Assembly: GCA_016212705.1 (NCBI GenBank)
Contig: JACREU010000091.1
Coordinates: 217 to 64,216 of the forward strand
From: Deltaproteobacteria bacterium
Lineage (GTDB): Bacteria > Desulfobacterota > GWC2-55-46
DNA: 64,000 nucleotides
Direction: 5' to 3'
Under the pieces are notes generated by a model. That model saw only the letters and a program-made list of their open reading frames with translations. It was not told the origin of the DNA and did no database searches. Both the position numbers and the translations under genes were made by a program. This document shows positions 35,174-44,071 of this stretch, one piece after another; position 1 is the first letter of the stretch, and every line of letters begins with the position of its first letter.

Positions 35174-37105
35174 ATGAAGCCATCAACCGTCATCCTTGCC
35201 ATACTCTCAATCGTATTCGCCGTATCCTTCGGCTTCGTTGTGCGGGTATGGAGCCCGTCTGAATCGGTCAACGCCCTCTGGCTTGTCATCGCCTCGGCCT
35301 GCTTCTTTATCGTCATATACAGGGTCTACGGCGCGTTCATCTCGGCGAAGATTCTCGCGATAGACGAGAGGCGGAAGACCCCGGCCTATAAGCACGACGA
35401 CGGCAAGGACTTTCACCCGACTCACACGCTCGTCCTCTTCGGCCACCACTTCGCGGCTATAGCCGGGGCAGGGCCGCTCATCGGCCCGGTCCTCGCCGCG
35501 CAGTTCGGGTACCTCCCCGGATTTCTCTGGATACTCATAGGCGCCGCCTTCGGCGGCGCCGTACACGACATGGTGATACTCGCGGCGTCCGTCAGGAGGG
35601 ACGGCTCGTCGCTCGCGCAAATCGCGAAAAAGGAGATAGGGCCCGTCGCCGGGTTCACCGCCGCGCTCGCCATACTCTTTATCATCATCGTCGCGCTCGC
35701 GGGCTTGGGGCTCGCGGTAGTAAACGCCCTGTACAGGAGCCCGTGGGGTACGTTCACGATATTCGCGACGATCCCGATAGCCCTCTTCATGGGCCTTTAT
35801 CTATATAAGATAAGGCGCGGGAAGGTCGGCGAGGTAAGCGTCATGGGTGTAGCGCTCCTCCTTGCCGCCGTCATCGGCGGGAGGTACATACCGGGGTCCG
35901 CGCTCGGCCCGTTCTTTACGCTCGACAAGACCACGATAGTCGTCATCATGGCGGCCTACGGGTTTATTGCCTCTGTCCTTCCGGTATGGTTGCTCCTTTG
36001 CCCTCGCGATTATCTCTCTACTTATTTGAAAATCGGCACAGTCCTGATACTTGCGGCAGGGGTCATATTCATGGCCCCCGAGATACAAATGCCGGCCTTC
36101 ACAAGGTTCGTCGACGGGGGCGGGCCTGTGATACCGGGGTCCGTATTCCCGTTCATGTTCATAACGATAGCCTGCGGCGCGATCTCCGGCTTCCACTCGC
36201 TCATATCATCCGGCACAACGCCCAAGATGATAAAGAGCGAGGGGGACATTCAATTGATAGGTTTCGGCGCGATGCTCGCCGAGGGGTTCGTCGCGGTCAT
36301 GGCGATAATCGCGGCTACGGTTCTCATGCCCGGAGACTACTTCGCCATCAACTCGACGCTCTCGTTCGACGCGCTCGTTGCGCTCGGCTTTCCGCCCGTA
36401 AATATAAACGAATTGTCGGAGACCGTCGGGGTGAACGTCGCGGGGAGGCCCGGGGGCGCGGTCTCTCTCGCGGTCGGGATGTCGTACATATTCTCGGCGC
36501 TCCCCGGCATGAAGGGGCTAATGCCCTACTGGTACAACTTCGCGCTCATGTTCGAGGCGCTCTTTATCCTGACGACGGTGGATACCGGCACGAGGGTCGC
36601 GCGGTTCATACTCCAGGAGCTCGGCGCTTATGTCTATAAGCCGCTCGGGAGGACGAACTGGACGCCGGGCACGGTCTTAACGAGCGCGCTCGTCGTCGTC
36701 GCGTGGGCGTACCTTATAAACTCGGGTTCTGTCTCCACCATCTGGCCGATGTTCGGGGTCGCCAACCAGTTGCTCGCCGCGCTCGCCCTCTCCGTCGGCA
36801 CGACGATTATATTGAAACTCAATCCGAACAGGATAAAATACGCCCTCGTGACGTTCATCCCCATGGTATTCATGTTCGTCATGACGGTCGTCGCTTCGTG
36901 GGAACTCTTCTGGATATTCTCGACAAAAGCGGCTATTGCCGCGAACCCCTCCGACGCGTTCACCTTCAGGCTGGATTCGGTCCTTGTGGCCGCGATGGCC
37001 GCGCTAGCCGTCGTCGCCATGCTGGACGCCGCGATAAAGTGGCGCTCTCTCGTGAATAACGCGTCTGCAATAACTCCCGACGCGGAGGCGCTCGATAACG
37101 ATTGA
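35174..37105 (+). CDS. cstA: carbon starvation protein A (peptide/pyruvate transporter family)
   Basis: The N-terminus aligns from memory with E. coli CstA (NALW.V.AS.C...YR.YG..IA..VL..D..R.TPA...DG.D..PT). FGHHFAAIAGAGPLIGPVLAAQFGYLPG motif. 643 aa, polytopic. Confidence 0.9.
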   Translation: MKPSTVILAILSIVFAVSFGFVVRVWSPSESVNALWLVIASACFFIVIYRVYGAFISAKILAIDERRKTPAYKHDDGKDFHPTHTLVLFGHHFAAIAGAGPLIGPVLAAQFGYLPGFLWILIGAAFGGAVHDMVILAASVRRDGSSLAQIAKKEIGPVAGFTAALAILFIIIVALAGLGLAVVNALYRSPWGTFTIFATIPIALFMGLYLYKIRRGKVGEVSVMGVALLLAAVIGGRYIPGSALGPFFTLDKTTIVVIMAAYGFIASVLPVWLLLCPRDYLSTYLKIGTVLILAAGVIFMAPEIQMPAFTRFVDGGGPVIPGSVFPFMFITIACGAISGFHSLISSGTTPKMIKSEGDIQLIGFGAMLAEGFVAVMAIIAATVLMPGDYFAINSTLSFDALVALGFPPVNINELSETVGVNVAGRPGGAVSLAVGMSYIFSALPGMKGLMPYWYNFALMFEALFILTTVDTGTRVARFILQELGAYVYKPLGRTNWTPGTVLTSALVVVAWAYLINSGSVSTIWPMFGVANQLLAALALSVGTTIILKLNPNRIKYALVTFIPMVFMFVMTVVASWELFWIFSTKAAIAANPSDAFTFRLDSVLVAAMAALAVVAMLDAAIKWRSLVNNASAITPDAEALDND

Positions 37106-37158
37106 CCACTGGGCTCTTTAAGTTTTTAAGATCAAGGTGGGGTGGGGGAGATAAATTT

Positions 37159-37192
37159 CAGGCGCGCCCCCCCGGTTGGGGCGGCGCGCCTG
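37159..37192. terminator. GC-rich hairpin between convergent cstA and hsp20
   Basis: CAGGCGCGCCCCCC-CGGTT-GGGGCGGCGCGCCTG (14-bp stem with one bulge). There is no clear U-tract on either strand, so the terminator call is tentative. Confidence 0.4.
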
Positions 37193-37244
37193 GGTATGGG
37201 TATACGTGCATGGGCGGTAGTAGGTCAGGCGGGATTGCGGGCAA

Positions 37245-37709
37245 TTACTCGATATCGACCTTTATCCTCCTGGGTTGCAGGTCCTCTGCCTTCGGGAGAT
37301 GGATAGAGAGTATCCCGTCCTTTAGCGTCGCCTTTATATTGTCAGTGGCTATCTTTACCGGGATGTTTATGGCCCTGGCATAATACCTGTAAGTCCTCTC
37401 CGAATACGAGTACTCGCCATTGTCCTTCTCGGCCTCATCTTTTATCTCGCCATTCAGGGTAAGTGTCCCCTCCTGCATGGAGATGTTGATGTTTTCTCTC
37501 GCGACCCCCGGCATCTCGGCCTTTACGATTATCTCGTTCGTCCTGTCGATTATGTCGATCGCCGGGGAAGCGGCGCCGCCCTTCTCTCCCGGCCTCCTCC
37601 ACTGGGCCTCTGCCCTCCTCGGCGAGGCGAATACGTCGTCCCAGATCCTGTCCATCTCTTTCTTCATGGACTCAAGCTCCCGTAACGGATTCCACTTTTC
37701 AAGCGGCAT
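37245..37709 (-). CDS. Hsp20/alpha-crystallin family small heat-shock protein
   Basis: 154 aa. Alpha-crystallin domain pattern (PAIDIIDRTNEIIVKAEMPGV...GTLTLNGE...ATLKDGILSIHLPK). Confidence 0.9.
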   Translation of the reverse strand: MPLEKWNPLRELESMKKEMDRIWDDVFASPRRAEAQWRRPGEKGGAASPAIDIIDRTNEIIVKAEMPGVARENINISMQEGTLTLNGEIKDEAEKDNGEYSYSERTYRYYARAINIPVKIATDNIKATLKDGILSIHLPKAEDLQPRRIKVDIE

Positions 37710-37787
37710 GTGTTGCCCTCCCTTCAGCGATATTGCTTAAGGATAGGCGCCGGTGGACCAGTTGTCAAGGGGGCGTGGGAGAAGAAA

Positions 37788-38690
37788 TTATATGAGGTTA
37801 GATACGATAAGCAGGACGCCTGTCGAAAGGTGCGCGAGGATGACGGACTTTATCGCGGGAATGAGCGCGGGGCCGCCCTTATAATTCCTTATAAGACCTA
37901 TGGCGCCGGGGAGCGCCACTACGATGGAGAGCGCGGCTAAGAGGGAGGCGCGGGGTAACGCCCCAGTAGCCGCGCCGAGGATTATGCTTGAGTACGCCCC
38001 GCCCAGGATGACGAGTATGCCCCACCTGCCGCGCGCAGGCCCGAGCCTTACGACGAGCGTCCTCTTGCCGGCTTTTTTATCCGCCTCGTAATCCGGGAAC
38101 TCGTTTATGTAGAGGAGCGCGGCTATGAGAAAGGCCATGGGGAGGGATGAGAAAAAGGCCGACGCCCCGAGCTCTCCGGTCTGCACGAGATACGCCCCGA
38201 GGACCGTCAATACGCCGAAAGAGAGCCCGACGGCCGCCTCTCCGAGACCGCGCCCGGCGAGGAAGACCGGGGGCGCGGAGTAGGAAAAACCTATTAGGAG
38301 CCCAAGGGCCCCGATGACGATGAGCAGAGGGTTTATGGTGAGCGCGAGGTATAACCCCGCAATCGAGCCGAGTAAAACGAGCGCGAGCCCGAACAGGAGG
38401 GTCTCGCCGGGTGTTATGCGTTTGTTCTGGATAAACCTGGACCCGCCGGTAAAGGGCGTGAGCGCGGACGTATTGATGTTGTCGGAGCCGTTTTTGAAGT
38501 CGAAGTAGTCGTTCAGGACGTTCATCCCGCCGTGGAATAGGACGGCCGCTATGAGAGAAATAAGGAAGCGCGCCGGGTGGAACTCGCTATGTGTGTGCCA
38601 CGCGACGGACGCGCCGAGCGAGACCGGGACGGCTATGCCAGGGAAGAACTGCGGTCTTGTGGAGAGAAAGAAGTCTTTTAGCCTTCGCAT
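37788..38690 (-). CDS. menA: UbiA-family prenyltransferase, 1,4-dihydroxy-2-naphthoate prenyltransferase-like
   Basis: NVLNDYFDFKNGSD (NDxxD) and a second Asp-rich loop (YINEFPDYEADKK). About 8 TM segments. 300 aa. Confidence 0.6.
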   Translation of the reverse strand: MRRLKDFFLSTRPQFFPGIAVPVSLGASVAWHTHSEFHPARFLISLIAAVLFHGGMNVLNDYFDFKNGSDNINTSALTPFTGGSRFIQNKRITPGETLLFGLALVLLGSIAGLYLALTINPLLIVIGALGLLIGFSYSAPPVFLAGRGLGEAAVGLSFGVLTVLGAYLVQTGELGASAFFSSLPMAFLIAALLYINEFPDYEADKKAGKRTLVVRLGPARGRWGILVILGGAYSSIILGAATGALPRASLLAALSIVVALPGAIGLIRNYKGGPALIPAIKSVILAHLSTGVLLIVSNLI

Positions 38691-38740
38691 ACTGTATTAT
38701 GTATCGCTTTCCCGGCAAGCGCTCAGAGGGGCGCGCGGCG

Positions 38741-39763
38741 TCATCTGATAAGCATGAATAGGACTATGAGGACAAAGGAGACGTAGCACGCGCCGTTCAG
38801 TATGAAGTAAAAGGGTTTGAGCCTCTTGAATTTGACGGCCATCAGGTAGAGCCATAGAGCGGCTATAATAGTAATGATTCCGCTCGTAAGGACGGTCGTG
38901 TTGAGCGTCCAGGGCGTGAGGAATATGCCTATCGCCGGGAGCAGGCTCCCCTGGAATACCATCGCCCCGGTGATATTGCCCGTGGCCATCGTGTCCTTCC
39001 CGTTCCTTATCCAGAGTATGCTGTTGATCTTGTCCGGCAGTTCCGTAGCCACGGGCACGATAAGGAGCGAGAGCGCGATTATCGGCATGTGGAGGATATC
39101 GGCGAGTGATTCAACTCCGTGGACAAAGCCCCTGGCGCCGACGATTATGAGGCCGAGAGCGAAGAGGAGCTGGAGGAGGACCGTCCCCATGTGCTCCTTG
39201 AATATGAGCGAGAGATAGAGATTTTTAGTGCTCTCGGTCGAGTGGCCCTCCTTTACGAGGTCCGCGCTCGCCTTTACAGTCTCAAGGACGTAGTAGAAGT
39301 AGGTAAGGACGAGGACGAAGCAGACGAAGAGCCGGACCGACCTGTACTCGTGAGGGGTGAACGCGACGAGGAACGAGAGTATGAAGGCGAAGAGGAAGAA
39401 CTCGATATCGCGCTTGAAGCCTGACCTCTCCGGGGCGACGTCCGCCGAAGGCCTTCTTTTCCTGAACTTCCACGCGGACAGGCCCACGAGGAACATCGCG
39501 AGCGTTGAGAGCATGAACGGCGCGCCGAGTATCGCCCCGACGCCGACCTCCTCGCTCACGTGCGCGGAGTTGCCTCCGAATATGGCTACGAGCGGGACCA
39601 TCGTCTCCGGGAGCGCCGTGCCTACCGCCGCGAATATGGAGCCCGTGACGCCCTCGGAAAATTTGAGCTTGGCGCCGAGCGCCTCTATCGCGTTCGTGAA
39701 AATTTCGCTCGCCGCTACTATGACGACGAGGTAAAAGCCGAGTACAAGTAGTTCGTAGAACAA
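38741..39763 (-). CDS. CaCA-family sodium/calcium exchanger membrane protein (YrbG-like)
   Basis: Two alpha-repeat signatures: GTALPE and ATELPD. 340 aa, polytopic. Confidence 0.7.
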   Translation of the reverse strand: MFYELLVLGFYLVVIVAASEIFTNAIEALGAKLKFSEGVTGSIFAAVGTALPETMVPLVAIFGGNSAHVSEEVGVGAILGAPFMLSTLAMFLVGLSAWKFRKRRPSADVAPERSGFKRDIEFFLFAFILSFLVAFTPHEYRSVRLFVCFVLVLTYFYYVLETVKASADLVKEGHSTESTKNLYLSLIFKEHMGTVLLQLLFALGLIIVGARGFVHGVESLADILHMPIIALSLLIVPVATELPDKINSILWIRNGKDTMATGNITGAMVFQGSLLPAIGIFLTPWTLNTTVLTSGIITIIAALWLYLMAVKFKRLKPFYFILNGACYVSFVLIVLFMLIR

Positions 39764-39887
39764 TTCAGAGTCTCCTTATTTGTTTAAGCGCAACATACAG
39801 CGCGGCAATGGGTCTCTTTCCAACCTCTCCCGCCTGTCGGACACGTGCAGGGGTGGTTAGAAAGGATATTCCAGTCGGCGTGTAATT

Positions 39888-40916
39888 TCAACCCTTTTGT
39901 CTTAAGAGCTCGCCCCTGTCTCCCCTGAAAAAGAGGAGTAGTAGCATCCCCGCGACGAGCACGCTGGAGCCGGCGATGATGAGCCAGATGCCGGGGTCTT
40001 TGTGGATGGCGAGCACCGCATATTCCTTTATTATGAAGTCCTCGAGGGTGAAGGTCCTATTCCAGGCCCGGACGCTCGTGCCGGTCCTTGAGAGGTCGAG
40101 GAAGGCCGGGTCCCCGGGGCCTTTTATCTCGATATAAGGGTTGCTGAAGTCGTTGGAACGGCTAAAGGGCCTGCCGTCGGCGTCGAGCGCGAAGTCCGGG
40201 TATATCTCTCCCAGAGAGAAAGACGCGCCGTCGGACGTGGCAAACGACGCGTCAAAGTCCGCCTCTATCGTTTCTCCGTTAGACGAGAGGACTATCCCCG
40301 CCGGGGAGGTCCCCTGGTCGAGGTGATAGAAGGCTATGCCCTTGTATACGACCGGGGAGTTCATCTCTATGTCGCCTGTCTTTACCTCGCCTCCGTCCCT
40401 TAGAAGCGTTATGTTGGACCTTAAGTATTCGAGGCCTCGCTCCTCGCTGCCCTTTATCTCCATTTCATTCAGCCTGACCTGAAGCCCCGGCGCGTTCGGC
40501 ACGGGAGCGGAGCCACCCTTGAATACGACGTTCCCCTGGCTCCTGAACCCGCCGACGGACCCCGCGAGATGGCCGAGGAGCGCGATAAAGAACCCGACAT
40601 GGACGATATGCGGAAAGAGCGACTGGACAGGTCTCTTCGATTTGAGTATCAGAGAGACCTTGTCGAGCGTGCAGACTACCGTGTTTATCGTGAATAGGGA
40701 TACGAGGAAGACGAGCGCGTATATCCATCCGGTAAGCGGCAGGCGCTTAAGCCCCTCATCGGCGAGCCATGGGAAGAGTATCTCATGGTCGAGCGCCCTG
40801 TAGAACCGGGGGTACTTCATGGTTAGGAGCGACCCCAGCGCCGCTACGACGCATATGACGAAAGCCAGGACTATAGTGAGATAGATGGACGCGAAAAAAC
40901 GCCAGACCTTCGACAT
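39888..40916 (-). CDS. ResB-like (cytochrome c biogenesis CcsB-family) membrane protein, short form
   Basis: N-terminus VWRFFASIYLTIVLAFV... and C-terminus ...IHKDPGIWLIIAGSSVLVAGMLLLLF resemble the ResB termini. No ccsA lies adjacent. Confidence 0.55.
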   Translation of the reverse strand: MSKVWRFFASIYLTIVLAFVICVVAALGSLLTMKYPRFYRALDHEILFPWLADEGLKRLPLTGWIYALVFLVSLFTINTVVCTLDKVSLILKSKRPVQSLFPHIVHVGFFIALLGHLAGSVGGFRSQGNVVFKGGSAPVPNAPGLQVRLNEMEIKGSEERGLEYLRSNITLLRDGGEVKTGDIEMNSPVVYKGIAFYHLDQGTSPAGIVLSSNGETIEADFDASFATSDGASFSLGEIYPDFALDADGRPFSRSNDFSNPYIEIKGPGDPAFLDLSRTGTSVRAWNRTFTLEDFIIKEYAVLAIHKDPGIWLIIAGSSVLVAGMLLLLFFRGDRGELLRQKG

Positions 40917-40919
40917 CCC

Positions 40920-41747
40920 TTATTCCCTGAACCACCTGATGATGTTATCCGCGAGCTTCCTGTTGTCGGCCTCTCCGATGAACTTGTTGGCGAACGGGGC
41001 GTCGTCGGCTACGACCACGACCTTGCCCTTGCCGAATTCGCTTACCGCGACGACGCCGAAGGCCTGCTGAGGCTCGTCCTTGCCGAGTTTTCTGTCCCTG
41101 TTCATGTCGGCCCAGGCCTTGTCAGAGGTGGAGGCGACGACCTTGGCGCTTCCCTCGGCGAGCAGGCCCCATGTGCCGAAGACCGCGAGCCGTTTCACTC
41201 CAGCCGTCACGGGGTGCGGCGCGATAGCGGATACGTAGAAGTCCTGCGACTGCTTCTTTATGTTCCCCGACTTCTCCGATATGACGAAGTTGGAGACGAT
41301 TATCCCGAACTCCTCGGTAAGGGGCGCGACAGGCCCGGAGATGTGGAGGAGCACAAGGAGGTTGCCGCCGTTATTTACGAAGTCGGTGAGCGCGGCGATC
41401 TCTCCCCTGGCGATCGGCTGGGCCGGGCCGGCTATCACATAGGTGGTCGCGCGCGCGAGCGCGTCCGTGTTTATCTGCCCCTCGTTCAAAGAGACCTCTT
41501 CGCCCGACTTCTTTATCGCCTTATAGAAGCCCGTGTAGTTGAGCGGGCCTTCCTTTACGGGCGAGAATATCTCGGAATGAGAGGCGTCGAATACGGTCTT
41601 TCCCGGGGCGTTCGCGGACGACGCGGCTTGTACGGGCGCGGACAGCGGCTTTGCCTTCTCTTCACGGTCCGTCGCAGGGGACGCGGAGGCGCATGCGACA
41701 GCGGCCAAGAGGAGAGAGACAGTGAGGCTCGTGAGCTTCTTTTTCAT
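40920..41747 (-). CDS. secreted lipoprotein, DUF4350/GldG-like (class I glutamine-amidotransferase-like fold)
   Basis: Lipobox LAAVAC. The pattern YVIAGPAQPI...GGNLLVLLH...VVVVADD recalls DUF4350. Confidence 0.4.
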   Translation of the reverse strand: MKKKLTSLTVSLLLAAVACASASPATDREEKAKPLSAPVQAASSANAPGKTVFDASHSEIFSPVKEGPLNYTGFYKAIKKSGEEVSLNEGQINTDALARATTYVIAGPAQPIARGEIAALTDFVNNGGNLLVLLHISGPVAPLTEEFGIIVSNFVISEKSGNIKKQSQDFYVSAIAPHPVTAGVKRLAVFGTWGLLAEGSAKVVASTSDKAWADMNRDRKLGKDEPQQAFGVVAVSEFGKGKVVVVADDAPFANKFIGEADNRKLADNIIRWFRE

Positions 41748-41907
41748 GGGGTCTTATTCCCTTTCTAAAGGCGTTTTTTAACAGCATTAAGGATATCCGT
41801 TGGGGCCGGGTAAAGTCAAGCCATATGACGGGGGACGCGCGTAACTTAATAAGCCTTTAACCTTTTTTTATTGATTTTGAGCCGTTGAACCGTGTTAAAC
41901 TGGGCTT

Positions 41908-42276
41908 ATGTATGAACTGACCGTAATTTCACATTTTTCCTCCGCCCATAACCTCCGCGGCTACGATGGCGCGTGCGAGAACCTCCACGGCCACAACTGG
42001 AAGGTCGAGGCGTCCGTTACCGCGGAGAGGCTCGACAAGCTCGGCATGGCGCTCGACTTCAAAGTCTTGAAGGGCGCGCTTATGAAGATAGTCGACGGGC
42101 TTGACCACAGGTACTTGAACGAGGTTCCCCCGTTCGATAAGGAGAACGCGACCGCCGAGAATATATCGATGCACATATTCACCGTGCTCTCGAAGGCCTT
42201 GAACGACGGCAATATAAAAGTATCCGGCGTGCGCGTCTGGGAATCCGAGACCGCCTCGGCCTTGTACTCGGAATAA
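41908..42276 (+). CDS. queD: 6-carboxy-5,6,7,8-tetrahydropterin synthase
   Basis: 122 aa. SAHNL...CENLHGHNW (Cx3HGH). Confidence 0.85.
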   Translation: MYELTVISHFSSAHNLRGYDGACENLHGHNWKVEASVTAERLDKLGMALDFKVLKGALMKIVDGLDHRYLNEVPPFDKENATAENISMHIFTVLSKALNDGNIKVSGVRVWESETASALYSE

Positions 42277-42294
42277 GGGGGCGAGCGGACCGGG

Positions 42295-43095
42295 ATGGCA
42301 AAGAAAGTATTAAGGGACGTCCAGTCCGAGCCCGACTCAAGGCGCATAGCGATCGACAAGGTCGGCGTAAAGGACATCCGCTACCCGATAGTCGTGCTCG
42401 ACAGGAAGAACAAGTTCCAGCACACGATAGCCTCCATCAACATGTACGTGGACCTCCCGCATCAGTTCAAGGGCACGCACATGTCGCGGTTCATTGAAAT
42501 TCTGAATGAGCACAGGGGCGAGATCTCCGTCAGGAACTTCCCGGAGATACTCGGGAAGATGAAAAAGAGGTTCAACGCCTCGACCGCCCACCTCCACGTC
42601 GAGTTTCCGTACTTCATTGAAAAATCCGCGCCGGTCTCCAAGTCAAAGGGGCTCATGGAGTACCGGTGCTCCTACTCCGGAGAGCTGAGGGAAAAAAGAG
42701 ACTTCGTGCTCTCGGTCTCCGTCCCGGTATCCACGCTTTGCCCGTGCTCGAAGGAGATAAGCGAACGCGGCGCGCACAACCAGCGGGGGATAGTTAAAGT
42801 CTCCGTCCGCTTCGACGGGTTTGTATGGATAGAGGACATAGTGAAGGCGATAGAAAAGTCGGCCTCAAGTCCGGTATATTCGCTCCTTAAGAGGGTGGAC
42901 GAGAAGCACGTGACCGAGCAGGCCTATGACAACCCCATGTTCGTCGAGGACGTGGTGCGGGAGGCCGCGTTGAACCTTCAGAAGATAAAATCGATAGTGT
43001 GGTTCAAGGTAGAGGCCGAGAACTGGGAGTCGATACACAACCACAGCGCGTACGCCTTTCTCGAAAGGGACCTCTCAGAGAAAGGACGGGCATAG
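42295..43095 (+). CDS. folE2: GTP cyclohydrolase I type 2 (FolE2/MptA)
   Basis: 266 aa. KGTHMSRF and LCPCSKEIS..GAHNQR motifs. Confidence 0.85.
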   Translation: MAKKVLRDVQSEPDSRRIAIDKVGVKDIRYPIVVLDRKNKFQHTIASINMYVDLPHQFKGTHMSRFIEILNEHRGEISVRNFPEILGKMKKRFNASTAHLHVEFPYFIEKSAPVSKSKGLMEYRCSYSGELREKRDFVLSVSVPVSTLCPCSKEISERGAHNQRGIVKVSVRFDGFVWIEDIVKAIEKSASSPVYSLLKRVDEKHVTEQAYDNPMFVEDVVREAALNLQKIKSIVWFKVEAENWESIHNHSAYAFLERDLSEKGRA

Positions 43096-43111
43096 GATGT
43101 TTTTGTCTGTC

Positions 43112-43135
43112 ATTCCCGAGGTTTTTATCGGGAAT
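43112..43135. repeat. REP-like hairpin ATTCCCGA-N8-TCGGGAAT (followed by CCAG)
   Basis: 8-bp perfect stem in the convergent intergenic region. It resembles the widespread ...cattcccg...cgggaatccag intergenic repeat type. Confidence 0.5.
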
Positions 43136-43222
43136 CCAGTTTTGAAAATCCGGTGTCATACAGACATACGGGTTATGCAGGGGGCTCGTAAATAAAAGGC
43201 GGGGCGGGGATGTTGCTTCCGT

Positions 43223-43978
43223 TCAGTCCTTGTACATCACTTCTTTGATCTTCAGTTTCAGCTCTTCAGCCCAGAAGGGGTTCCCCTTCTGGATAAAGCC
43301 CTTCACATGCAGGTCGAACCACTTGGGGTCGAGGACGAGGTCGTCGAGTATGTCCTTGCCCGTAGTTATTATCGCGGGTATGCTCATGCCCGATGCGACG
43401 ACCCTTTTCAAGAGGTCCTCGCCGTCTATGAGGGACTCCGGGTCAGCGGGGTTCTTAAGATAGAGGTCGGTTACGATGAGGTTCACGCGTTCGGTCCGGA
43501 GGGCCTTCAACGCCTCGGCGGCGTTCTTTGCCTGAACAAGCCTTATGCCGACGTCCTTAAGCGTGTTCTGGACCATCTCCCTTGCGAGCTTGTCGTCTTC
43601 TATAAGGAGTATCGTCTCGGTCTCCGGGGCCTCTTCCAGAGGGACGGCCTCGCGAAAGGGCGGACGCGTGTCCCGCGCGCTCGCCTCGGCCTCGGCGGTC
43701 TCCCGCGCCGGTTTGGGCCTCGGCTGGGAGGTCTTCTCGTCAGCGGGCTTGGGTTGCCGCAGGGGCAGGGCCTCGAACGAGCCTCCGGCCGTCCTTCGGA
43801 CGAAGTGCTGTGCGCCGCAACGGATACAGTTGACCCGCACCCCGGCCTCCCATTCCCTTATGTTCTCAAGCGGCACCCAGAGCCTGAAACCGGTGTTGCA
43901 GTCGAGGCAATGGATCTCGATAGGTTCTTTTTTTTGGGCCATTTTGGCGTCTTTCGTACTGCCGACCGCGTAAGCCAT
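43223..43978 (-). CDS. response-regulator receiver protein with an N-terminal zinc-ribbon and Pro/Glu-rich linker
   Basis: CLDCN...CIRCG zinc ribbon. C-terminal REC domain (ILLIEDDKLAREMV...LIVTDLYL...). No output domain. Confidence 0.65.
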   Translation of the reverse strand: MAYAVGSTKDAKMAQKKEPIEIHCLDCNTGFRLWVPLENIREWEAGVRVNCIRCGAQHFVRRTAGGSFEALPLRQPKPADEKTSQPRPKPARETAEAEASARDTRPPFREAVPLEEAPETETILLIEDDKLAREMVQNTLKDVGIRLVQAKNAAEALKALRTERVNLIVTDLYLKNPADPESLIDGEDLLKRVVASGMSIPAIITTGKDILDDLVLDPKWFDLHVKGFIQKGNPFWAEELKLKIKEVMYKD

Positions 43979-44071
43979 TCGTTAAGCGCCGGGATCCCTG
44001 GAATTTGTGGCAGGCCACAGTTTAACTTAAATAAGACGGCAGTGTCAATGATTCAAGGTAATTCAGGGAGG

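Noticed and set aside
39764-39887. Imperfect long hairpin (CTCTTTCCAACC...GGTTAGAAAGGA) between the ResB-like and CaCA genes as a possible metal riboswitch.
   Set aside because: It has several mismatches, no U-tract and no similarity I can recall to yybP-ykoY or other ion riboswitches. It is probably just an intergenic stem or a weak terminator.
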